Positions 10,065-19,958 of a stretch of DNA of 33,009 nt are shown one piece after another. The notes beneath the pieces are model-generated. The model saw only the letters and a list, made by a program, of their open reading frames with translations, was not told the DNA's origin and did no database searches. Position 1 is the first letter of the stretch, and each line of letters opens with the position of its first letter. This stretch comes from Octopus sinensis (taxonomy: Eukaryota). Location of the stretch: the NCBI RefSeq assembly GCF_006345805.1, contig NW_021832069.1, forward strand, positions 1-33,009. Reading direction: 5' to 3'. Position numbers and translations under genes: made by a program.

Positions 10065-10066
<2 letters not shown>
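9442..10066 (+). mobile_element. RTE-clade LINE 3' fragment (pseudogenised ORF C-terminus and 3' UTR)
   Basis: RQERRLNIFHLRCLQKILGIKWQNHVPNKDVL..RRMRWLGHVSRMKDGRIPKNILYGEL..GRPILRYKDACK; frameshift near 9720, in-frame stop, terminal finger CGTCQRVFLSRIGLHSHGRRC, (CAA)n tail. Confidence 0.9.
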
Positions 10067-10102
<36 letters not shown>

Positions 10103-10283
10103 TATTAAGGTGACTATTCACAATTTACAACAGGTAGGCACAAGTTTAGTAATCACTGAGGTGACTGAGGTTTCTAGTCAGCACCAGCTTCGCTAGAAAT
10201 AAGAGTCAAAACAACTCTTAGCCACATGAGACCACTTTCTAGCAACTGACAAAGGAGACAAGCTCCCTACGGCAAGCGAGATG

Positions 10284-10333
10284 GAGTCATGTCATCAATG
10301 ATTTCAGATTTGATTAATCTTCATCAGTGACCC
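10284..10333 (-). ncRNA. Type I hammerhead-like motif with a single defect at the cleavage triplet
   Basis: Minus strand GGGTCA-CTGATGA-AGATT-AATCA-AATCT-GAAATCAT-TG-ATGAC-A-TGACTC: 6-bp stem I (one G.U), 5-bp stem II, near-palindromic stem III; U16.1 is C. Confidence 0.65.
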
Positions 10334-10397
<64 letters not shown>

Positions 10398-10434
10398 TTA
10401 TTATATATATATAATATATATATAATATATATAT

Positions 10435-10849
10435 AACAAAAATGGGACAAGAACGCAAACAGCCAGACAGTTAGGTGAAACAAAAAAAGGGACAACAAAA
10501 TATCCAGATAGACGATACAAGAGTTCCAGATTATCTTTGCAATTTCGGCTGGTTATACTCGAGATTGCTCCAATCTGGCCAGCCCCATGGAAAAACTAAA
10601 CTACGAGCATTAGATTCCTTGGAAGAAAGCAGCGAATCTATACGAAAATACATTCGCTGCTTTCTTCCAAGAAATCTTATGCTTGTAGCTTATTTTTTTC
10701 CTTGAGGCTGGACAGATTGGAGTAATCTCAAGTATAACCAGCCGAAATTGCAAAGATAATGTGGAACTCGACTAAGGATAGAAAACTCCGAATGATCCGT
10801 CCTTGTTTACCTTGTATCGTCTGTCTGGATGTTTTGCGTTATTTTTTTT
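10435..10849. repeat. Foldback element: nested inverted repeats within (TA)n
   Basis: Arms 10521-10637 / 10652-10769 (roughly 90% by eye, inner 20 bp perfect, 14-nt loop); outer arms about 10496-10521 / 10811-10838. Confidence 0.9.
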
Positions 10850-10885
10850 ATATATAAAACAAGCGGCTTACGTGCACTTTTGTCT

Positions 10886-10923
<38 letters not shown>

Positions 10924-10939
10924 TATATATATAATATAT

Positions 10940-10981
<42 letters not shown>

Positions 10982-11452
10982 ATTATATATATATGAGAGA
11001 GAGAGAGAGAGCAATAAGAAAATGGAGGAGATCAATAGGTGGTTCATTAACTTTTAGACATTATATTATGTTAACTTATTTATTTATTTACTAAACTGAT
11101 AACTACAAGAATATACATACATATAACATATTATTCTTTACATATAAGATATAAGATATAAAATATAGTAATATATAAGGATGCTAGTAATTATTATAAA
11201 AAGTGTGAATATAATTTGGGAAAATAACTTACAGCTGTTTCAGCCAGTAGATAAAAATACCTCATTCTACCTTTATTACTCAAGTGGATTGAAGTAATAG
11301 GTAGATGAAAATGACGTACTTGTATATATATCTCTCTAAGTATATATATATATAATAACAAACGGTAAAATTAATTAATTAAGAAGTAATCAATAATTTC
11401 ACCAAGTAGAATTCGGCATGAAAAAGGACCATTACACAGTAAACTTAAGTAA

Positions 11453-11597
11453 TACTTTATAATTAGGGTTCAGCAAAGATTTGCTTTACCACATACCGAA
11501 GTTTAGAAATAGCAGAAGAAATAGCTAAGGTTTTTTGGCTGCTATTTCTAAACTTCGGTATGTGGTAAGCAAATCTTTGCTGAACCCAAATTATAAA

Positions 11598-11600
<3 letters not shown>
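11453..11600. mobile_element. Foldback MITE-like element (148 bp) with TA ends
   Basis: Arms 11453-11515 / 11539-11600 differ by one substitution and one indel; 23-bp spacer; related single arm at 26912-26989. Confidence 0.85.
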
Positions 11601-11651
<51 letters not shown>

Positions 11652-11667
11652 AATTATATACAGAAGA

Positions 11668-11698
<31 letters not shown>

Positions 11699-12212
11699 TT
11701 AAGAGAGAAACAGACAGATAGACAGCAACATAGCCCATCTCCACGTGTTTGTATTTCAACTTTTGAAATCAGAGAAAGCTGTGAAACCGGTTAAGTATTT
11801 AAAAATTTAAAAATAAAATCTAGACGATTCGTAGTGCATTTTCAACTTCTATGTGTATGTGCGTGCGCGTGTGTGTATATATACACATATATACACACTG
11901 AGGAAGGATAGAGAGGGGTACTATATATTCTCACATATATAAAAAAAAAGTTGAAAAAGAAAACTTAAATTAGATTAGAAGAGAAAACCTCCCGCTAGGA
12001 GTGTTTTAAAATCTAAAAACAGCCTAAAGGAAACAGAAATAGTTAATACTTTAAAAATATTTTAATCGCAATTAATTTTAGAAATATAGGCTTAGAAACA
12101 AATTGGGATTCTAGGCTAAGAATCCCACAGCGCTGTAACTTGACTTTTACTTGTAACCTCTGTTTCACTGTATTCTTGATTGCTTCTGTGCCTGTCCCGT
12201 TAACATGAATAT

Positions 12213-12254
12213 GCACGGCTGATGAACCTAACAAAATCGAAACATGACCCTTGC
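12213..12254 (+). ncRNA. Decayed type I hammerhead-like motif
   Basis: GCACGG-CTGATGA-ACCTAACAAAATC-GAAAC-ATGA-C-CCTTGC; core and 5/6 of stem I present, stem II unpaired, cleavage-site U lost. Confidence 0.35.
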
Positions 12255-12262
12255 TTAATCAG

Positions 12263-12483
12263 ATGATTTCAAAGGCAAGATCTACTCATAACCGTAATAA
12301 GCGAACAGACGGAGTTGTTCGAGTATCGGACAAAACACTTTGCAACATCTGTTCCGATTCTCTGCGCTCTGAGTTCTAATCACAGAGGTCGTCTTTATCT
12401 TTCGTCGTTTCGGGGTCGATAAAAAAAGGTGTATCAGTTCAAGACGAAGGATTGATGGAACTATAAAAGCATAGAAGTAAATG
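12263..12483 (+). repeat. About 220-bp segment duplicated at 13640-13865; includes a decayed S2 SINE
   Basis: Near-identical sequence from ATGAT(T)TCAAAGGCAAG to CATAGAAGYAAATG. Confidence 0.9.
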
Positions 12484-12897
12484 CCCTTCGGTATGTTGGC
12501 CATGGAGGCTTCCTATTGACTAAAATCACATAGCCTTAAAGCCTTGTAATTTCTTTATTGTCAATAACTTGAAACATTAACGTTATCTTCATTATCACCA
12601 AGCAAAACTAAGTCAGTGGAGAAATTTTGAAATAATTCAAGTATACACACACACACCACACACACATACATACAAAGTATTGGGGGTTTAGTTCACGGGC
12701 GATCTAAACGATTAGGTACGCTAGGTAAGTGTTGTAATGGATTACTAAGGCTCCAAGGTTATAGCCGAGACTGTAGTTATGGAGCCATTACAGATTTCCG
12801 ATGCAGTGGATATATAATTGTTAAAGAGGACAACAAACATTAAGGCAAGGTAAACATCTCAAGTCGCATACAATATTATCATTGGAAAAAATTCAAA

Positions 12898-12953
12898 GTC
12901 TTACAGCTGTTTCTGGGATATCCCCGAGTATGGGATATTCCATCAGCAGAGAC
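12898..12953 (-). ncRNA. Type I hammerhead-like motif with one core change (CUGCUGA)
   Basis: Minus strand GTCT-CTGCTGA-TGGAATATCCC-ATACTCG-GGGATATCCCA-GAAAC-AGCT-GTA-AGAC; 4-bp stem I, 11-bp stem II (1 mismatch), palindromic stem III ACAGCUGU, GUA site. Confidence 0.65.
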
Positions 12954-13198
12954 AAAGAGGGAAAAATATGGAAAATGAGAATGGTATGTATTCATGAGAT
13001 GACGACATAGAGAAAAGGAGTTAAAGAGTAAGGAGGTGGAAAGAAAGAAGAAAAAAAGAAGCATAAAAGTTCATAGTTCAACTTTCCCATGTTGTAGAAA
13101 TAAGAGCATAAGTCCTTAGGTGTTATCCTGCATAGATCCATGTGGATTAAAATCCTGATATAGTAGACATCCAGAGAAAAAAAGATGCGAACATATCT

Positions 13199-13428
13199 GT
13201 TTCTTTATTGCCCACAAGGGGCTAAACATAGAGGGGACAAACAAGGACAGACAAACGGATTAAGTCGATTACATCGACCCCAGTGCGTAACTGGTACTTA
13301 ATTTATCGACCCCGAAAGGATGAAAGGCAAAGTCGACCTCGGCGGAATTTGAACTCAGAACGTAGCGGCAGACGAAATACGGCTACGCATTTCGCCCGGC
13401 GTGCTAACGGTTCTGCCAGCTCGCCGCC
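13199..13428 (-). mobile_element. Full-length S2 tRNA-derived SINE
   Basis: Head GGCGGCGAGCTGGCAGAACCGTTAGC, B-box GAGTTCAAATTCC, tail ..CCCCTTGTGGGCAATAAAGAAA; matches 32084-32301. Confidence 0.9.
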
Positions 13429-13639
13429 TTAACGCTCAATAGCAGAATGGTATCGGAGGTGTCTATTATGTGGTACAAGGAAAGAAGAAAATAAATAGAA
13501 ACAGAGGTAGATAGAGTGAGGGGAGAGATTTAAGCATTGGCTTTAGGATGAAGTAAGGTGTCTAAGAATTGTGTACGGGATCGCCGAGAGGATGAGAGAG
13601 AGGATGAGGAGGTAGAGGAAGATAGGGTAAAAACAAAAC

Positions 13640-13865
13640 ATGATTCAAAGGCAAGATCTACTCATAACCGTAATCGGCGAACAGACGGAGTTGTTTCGAG
13701 CATCGGACAAAACACTTTGCAACATCTGTTCCGATTCTCTGCGCTCTGAGTTCTAATCAGACCGAGGTCGTCTTTATCTTTCGTCGTTTCGGGGTCGATA
13801 AAAAAAAAAAGTGTATCAGTTCAAGACGAAGGATTGATGGAACTATAAAAGCATAGAAGCAAATG
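13640..13865 (+). repeat. Second copy of the 12263-12483 segment
   Basis: Direct alignment by eye. Confidence 0.9.
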
Positions 13866-14093
13866 AAAGGAATTTAAAGAGAGTAGTAGGTGTCTGTGGT
13901 TGTCTTAAGGGTCTGTAGATGTAAAAGAGGAAATCTAGTAGTAAATGCTTGTGTCCGTTCTGGCTAAGGTCAGTAGCAATAGGGGTTATGGGTATGCAGG
14001 AAGCCGAAAATGGAGGAGCTAGTTGAATGTTAAATTATTTATGAGTGAGAGTTAGAGTAAGAAAATAGGGGATTTATATTAGTAGCCACAGCT

Positions 14094-14264
14094 GCAGGAG
14101 TGGCTGTGTGGTAAGTAGCTTGCTTACCAACCACATGGTTCCGGGTTCAGTCGCACAGCTTGGCACCTTGGGCAAGTTTCTTCTACTATAGCCTCAGGCC
14201 GACCAAAACCTTGTGAGTGGATTTGGTAGACGGAAAGTGAAAGAAACCCGTCGTGTGTATATAT

Positions 14265-14308
<44 letters not shown>

Positions 14309-14758
14309 ATAATATATATATATATATATACAAATTGAGATAGGGGTTGTAAATGCAACCCTCCATGGGATAACATATATCCTATATACTGCTAGTGAAG
14401 TACCCAACAAAGTTAATACATAAATGTTAAGGATTGCGATGCAATCAATTCAATCATTTTATATATATATATATTATATATATATATAATGCATGTATGT
14501 ATGTATGTATGTATGTATGTATGTATGTATGTATGTATGTATGTATGTATGTATATGCTTGTGTGTCTGTGTTTGTTCTCCCAACATCGCTTGACAACCG
14601 ATGCTGGTGTGTTTACGTCCGCGTGACTTAGGGGTTCGGCAAGAGAGACCGATAGAATAAGTACTAGGCTAACGAAGAATAAGTCCTGGGGTCGATTTTC
14701 TCGACTAAAGGCGGTGCTCCAGCATGGCCGCAGTCAAATGACAGAAACAAGTAAAAGA
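14094..14758 (+). mobile_element. S1 SINE whose internal microsatellite contains a 130-bp insert (14331-14460)
   Basis: 5' half 14094-14253, (TA)n, insert, (TA)n/(GTAT)n, 3' half 14560-14758. Confidence 0.9.
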
Positions 14759-15002
14759 AAAATATATATATATATATATATTACGGAGATGTCCTTGCAT
14801 AGCAAGTGACCTGATCTGAGATCGTGTGCTGAAACAAAAACAGTTGCATAGTTGCAGCGTGGAAAGTGTTTATAATCCATTTAAAACACACACAACAACC
14901 GTTAGATTCACTTCAACATTTAGATTTAATTTACCAAAATATTTTCGTCACTTTGAGACCGTGACCTGTTCATCGATAAAATTCCCTCTATATATATCTA
15001 TA

Positions 15003-15202
15003 TATTATTGTATTTGGAGTGAGTCATTCTGTTTTGATGCATTTTTAATTAACACACTCAACGGTTCAATTTCCAATCTATTTACTTATTTATTTTTTCT
15101 AAAATTTTCGTTACTTCTTGCAAAAATTAAATGAGTGGAAACCGAACCGGTGAGTGTGTTAATAAGGCTTTAAAACAGAATGACTCACCCGAGACAATAA
15201 TA
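15003..15202. mobile_element. MITE-like element (200 bp) with about 70-bp imperfect TIRs and TA ends
   Basis: 15003-15075 vs reverse complement of 15136-15202 share TATTATTGT, GTGAGTCATTCTGTTTT, TTAACACACTCA, CGGTTC, TTTCCA. Confidence 0.75.
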
Positions 15203-15269
15203 TATGCTTGAACCCACGAATTCACTTGAATCTTGCAAACCAAATACAAAAACCGAATATATATATATG

Positions 15270-15596
15270 CTGAGGCCCCCTTCGGTCATGACTGACCATG
15301 GGATTGCACCTAGAAAGTTACCCTCCCAGGCACAAGTCCGGGCAAGGTTGTTTATGGAAGACCAGCAGTACCGTCCTCCTCTCTCCATGCCACCAGTGTT
15401 TATCCAAAGGAGGGCAAAGGCCGATACAGCTTGGCACCTGTGACGCCGCAACTCATTTCTACAGCTGAGTGAACTGGAGCAACGTGAAATAAAGTGTCTT
15501 GCTCAAGAACACAACACGCAGCCCAGTCCGGGATTCGAACTCACAACCTCACGATCGTAAGCTCGACGCTCTAACCACTGAGCCATGTGCCTTCAC
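15270..15596 (-). mobile_element. S3 SINE (tRNA-Arg-like head)
   Basis: Minus head GTGAAGGCACATGGCTCAGTGGTTAGAGCGTCGAGCTTACGATCGTGAGGTTGTGAGTTCGAATCCC with A/B boxes. Confidence 0.85.
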
Positions 15597-15601
15597 ATAC
15601 A

Positions 15602-15997
15602 TGGCTGTGTGGTAAGTAGTTTGCTTACCAACCACATGGTTCCGGGTTCAGTCCCACTGCGTGGCACCTTGGGCAAGTGTCTTCTACTATAGCCACGGGC
15701 TGACCAAAGCCTTGTGAGTGGATTTGGTAGACGGAAACTGAAAGAAGCCCGTCGTATATATGTATATATGTGTGTGTGTGTATGTTTGCGTGTCTGTGTT
15801 TGTCCCTCCAACATCGCTTGACAACCGATGTTGGTGTGTTTACGTCCCCGTAACTTAGCAGTTCGGCAAAAGAGGCCGATAGAATAAGTACTAGGCTTAC
15901 AAAGAATAAGTCCAGGGGGTCGATTTGCTCGACTAAAAGGCGGTGCTCCAGCATGACCAGAGTCAAATGATTGAAACAAGTAAAAGAGTAGAGAGAG
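15602..15997 (+). mobile_element. S1 SINE, near full length
   Basis: Full alignment to other S1 copies; TAAAAGAG tail. Confidence 0.9.
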
Positions 15998-16012
15998 CAT
16001 ACATATATATAT

Positions 16013-16061
<49 letters not shown>

Positions 16062-16079
16062 ATATATATATGCATTAAA

Positions 16080-16565
16080 GCATGCGTTTATTTAACATTA
16101 TTCGCAACTATCTGTTGTATATACACGAGCATAAATGCGTATGTATATAAATACCGTACGGAGTGTACAAACGAGTTTGTAAATATACGTGTGCAGAACT
16201 ATATGTATGTTAAAGAGAGCGTGTATTCAAACGATCGTGTTTGCTTCTAAACGAGATTGTAAATAGCTGAGCATGTGTGCGCGTGCGAGCGTGCGTACGT
16301 GTGTCTGTGTGTGCGTGCGTACGTACGTATGTCTGTGTGTGCGTGCGTACGTACGTGTGTCTGTGTGCGCACGTGTATCTATGTTCAAACAAGGACGTGT
16401 GCGTATTTATGTTAAACTGTGCGTGTGTGTCCGTGTCCAAACATGCTTGTAAATATGTGCGTAGGTTCACGAGAGTATCTGTTATTCTGTGTGTGTGTGT
16501 GTGTGCGTGGTGTGTGTGTGTGTGGTGTGTGTTGTGTGTGTGTGTTGTGTGTGTTGTGTGTGTGT

Positions 16566-16596
<31 letters not shown>

Positions 16597-16832
16597 GTGT
16601 CCAAACACGCTTGTAAATATGTGCGTATTTTCACGAGAGTACCTGTGTTATTCTGTGTGTGTGTGTGGTGTGTGGTGTGTGTGTGCGAGTGATGTGTGTG
16701 TGTGTGTGTGCGTGTGTGTGTGTGTGAATGTGTGTGTGTGTCAAAGTGAGCTTGAAAATATGTGTGCGTGTATGCTCGCGAGAGCACGTATGCGTATCTG
16801 CGAGCAGGTATGTGTATCTATGCTAAAGTGTA

Positions 16833-16866
<34 letters not shown>

Positions 16867-17195
16867 CTGAGTGTGTGTACATTTAAACAAGCTTGACAGT
16901 AAACGTATGTGTTCAAACAGGCTTGTAAATGCGTGTGCCCCGTATTCAAACGAGCTCGTAAATGTGTGTGTGTCTGTGTGCCAGTGCCCGCAAAAGCATG
17001 TATGCGTATATCTGTGTTGATGTGTGAATGTGTGTATTCAAACGAGCTTCTAAATAGATGCGTGTGTGTGTTCACGGGAGCACGTATGCGTATCTGTTAA
17101 GCGTGTGTGTGTGTGTGTTCAAAGGCGCTTGTAAATAGATGTGTGTGTGTGTGTATGTTCAAACGATATTGTGAGTATGTGCATGTGTGTGTGAA
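16080..17195. repeat. Degenerate GT-rich satellite with recurring core TTCAAAC(G)AGCTTGTAAAT
   Basis: Core variants recur about 10 times; near-identical blocks at 16431 and 16595 (offset 164). Confidence 0.8.
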
Positions 17196-17199
17196 ATAG

Positions 17200-17450
17200 C
17201 TGTATGTCACTTGTTTTTCGTTTTGCGGCCTCGTTCGGAACGAGTTTTTCAGTGGAGCCACTACGAAATTTGATCCCGATATTTGTGCAACAATCACTGA
17301 AAGACAGAGTGAGCCGCGCCAAAATGTCTAGACTAGCACGTGACCCGGCCGCCTCAACCAATCAGAGTCCGAGTACTGTTGCGTATCAGGTCACACGGGC
17401 GATGCTATTGTTACAGAACGAAGAGGGAGGGACAGGTCGGGTTTGTTTAG
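17200..17450. promoter_or_regulatory. CpG-rich promoter-like island
   Basis: About 18 CpG in 250 bp; E-box GCACGTGAC 17336-44, CCAATCAG 17358-65, GCCAAAATG (YY1-like) near 17318, GTCACACG 17390-97; no match to the window's repeats. Confidence 0.45.
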
Positions 17451-17814
17451 CTTTTGAGTCTTCTTTTTGTTCTAGTCCTCTCCTCTTTCTATCCTATTCT
17501 CTCGTCTTTTTTCTTCTCTTCTCTCAATCTTTTCTTTCATTTTTTTTTTTTATCTTCTGTCTTCCACATTTCCGTCTTCTTTCGTCTTCTTCTCGTCTTT
17601 TGTTCCTCGTCGTCATTTAGTCGTTCCTATCACTGAAGCTCTTCATTTTCTTTTCTTTTCTTTGTCGCCTTTTTCTGTCTTCTTTCTAATTCTGTCCCCA
17701 CCCACCATTTTTTTTTCCTTAATCTCGTTTTGTTTTTCTCTCTTCTCTTTCATATTTTCCTTCTTTCTTCCTACTACGTATTTTTTCATTTCTCCAACCT
17801 TTCTGTTTTCCATC

Positions 17815-18730
17815 GCTTTCTATGACTGTTGCCTACTATCTCTATGACTGTCGTCCGTTGTAAGTCTATGACATTTCTCTATAATGGTCGTCTAATATTT
17901 CTCTCTGAGGGTCGTTTGATATTTTCTCTATGAATGTCGTCTGATATTTTCTCTATGAATGTCGTCTGATATTTTCTCTATGAATGTCGTCTGATATTTT
18001 CTCTATGAATGTCGTCTGATATTTTTCTGACTTTCATCTGATATTTCTCTATGACCATCATTTAATATTTCTCTATGACCGTCGCCTACTATTTCTCTAT
18101 GACTGTCATCCGATATTTCTCTTTGACTAATTAGTGTCTTATGACTGTCGTCTAATACAAGGAATATTTACTCTTTTACTTGTTTCAGTCATTTGACTGC
18201 GGCCATGCTGGAGCACCGGCTTTAATCGATCAACTCGACCCCGGGACTTATTCTTTTGTAAGCCCAGTACTTATTCTATCGGTCTCTCTTTTGCCGAACC
18301 GCTAGGTAACGGGGACATAAACACACCAGCATCGGTTGTCAAGCAATGCTAGGGGGACAAACACACACAAGCATAGATTTATATATACATATATACGACG
18401 GGCTTCTTTCAGTTTCCGTCTACCAAATCCACTCACAAGGCTTTGGTCGGCCCGAGGCTGTAGTAGAAGACACATGCCCAAGGTGCCACGCAGTGGGACT
18501 GAATCCGGAACCATGTGTTTGGTAAACAAGCTACTTACCACACAGCCACTCCTGCGCCTATTGTCTGCTATGCTCCATGAGTGTCGTCTGATATTTCTTC
18601 CTCTGACATGTCTATTATTTGTCTTAAGACTGTCGTTTGTTATGTGTCCCGTATGACACTCTACGACACTCCTTCACTATGTTCGTAGTATGACTGCTGC
18701 TGATTCTGTGTATGGCTGTCGTCTGCTATT
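17815..18730. repeat. 25-bp minisatellite (GATATTTTCTCTATGAATGTCGTCT), split by an S1 SINE
   Basis: Four perfect units 17918-18017; degenerate units either side and again at 18560-18730. Confidence 0.85.
18168..18560 (-). mobile_element. Full-length S1 SINE
   Basis: Reverse complement of the S1 consensus from GGCGCAGGAGTGGCTGTG to the TAAAAGAG tail. Confidence 0.92.
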
Positions 18731-18781
18731 TCTTAAATGGAGAAACAAGAGTCCCAGGAAAAGAATGAAAACACATTTGCC

Positions 18782-18953
18782 TCACTACTACTACTACTAC
18801 ACTACTACTACTACTACCACCACCATCACCACCACCACTACTACTGCTGCTGCTGCTACTACTACTACTACTACTACTACTATTACTACTACTACTACTA
18901 CTACTACTACTGCTACTACTGCTACTACTACTAATACTACTGCTGCTGCTACA

Positions 18954-18995
<42 letters not shown>

Positions 18996-19017
18996 GTTGC
19001 TGCTACTGCTGCTGCAG
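18782..19017. repeat. (CTA)n array with CAC/CTG blocks
   Basis: Direct inspection. Confidence 0.95.
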
Positions 19018-19882
19018 CATGCGCACGTACTAACACATGAATGCACATTCACACACGCATACGTATACACACACACACACACACAGACATTCGCACACGT
19101 TAATGCACACACGCAGAGCCGTATACATATATACATTGACGCACTAATACACACACACACACACCACACACACACACACAGAGGCATTACAAAGCTTTCG
19201 ACGAACATTAGAATATGAACGCACATCTTTGCGTACGTGCTTGTACGTACAAGTATGTGTATATGACTGCGTGAATGTGTGTGTGTGTGTATGTATGCGT
19301 GTGTGCGTGTTTGTGTGTGTATGTGTGTGTGTGTTTTGCAAATATGAATATCTCTGGGTATCAGTGACTGTGTCCATGAATGTAAGTGTATAAATGTATT
19401 TGTGTGTGTATATGTGAATGGGTATCTATGCATGTGTATATGTTTCTAAGCGTTTAATATGTGGGACCCCTTCCTTCACTTGTTTTTCATCCGTGCAATG
19501 AAGAGAGAGAGAGAGAGAGAGAAAAAAAAAAGGGGTCACTCAGTAATTTTGTTATCCGGATTCTTCTGGCGGGAGTGGAAGGTAGAGAGGAGGAGGAGGG
19601 AGAGAAAAAAATGATTGCTGTTGATAGAGAATAAAGTATAAACCAGGTATAATACAAAGAGAGGAGAGAGGGAAAGAGAAAAAAGGGAGGGAAAGACACG
19701 GGGGATAAAGAGAATGGGAGCCACAGAGGAAGTGGGAATGAGAGAAGAATAGCAGTGAAAAATGTGTGTGTGTGTATGTGTGTGTGTGGTCGAGTGAGAG
19801 AGAAAGAGGAAAGTATTCGGGGAAAGAACAGATATAGAGAGCAGGATGATAGCGGATGATGAAGATAGATACATAGAGGGTG

Positions 19883-19941
19883 TTTTATTGCTTTTCTTGT
19901 TTCAGTCATTTTGACTGTGGCCATGCTAGAGCACCACCTTA
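19883..19941 (-). mobile_element. S1 SINE 3'-terminal fragment
   Basis: CTTGTTTCAGTCATTTTGACTGTGGCCATGCTAGAGCACCACC. Confidence 0.8.
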
Positions 19942-19958
19942 AAAAATTTTTTTTTAAC

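Noticed and set aside
11225-11290. GAAACAGCUGUA module on minus
   Set aside because: No recognisable CUGANGA core upstream; noted only as related to 12898
14930-14985. Minus-strand GTCAC/GTGAC stem, GAAA and AAATATTT palindrome
   Set aside because: Core too divergent from CUGANGA and no valid stem I
15520-15596. tRNA-Arg-like sequence (also heads at 26680-26751 and 28810-28878)
   Set aside because: No proper acceptor stem; continues into SINE bodies, so not tRNA genes
17918-18017. CRISPR-like regular repeats
   Set aside because: Contiguous units without spacers in a eukaryotic context
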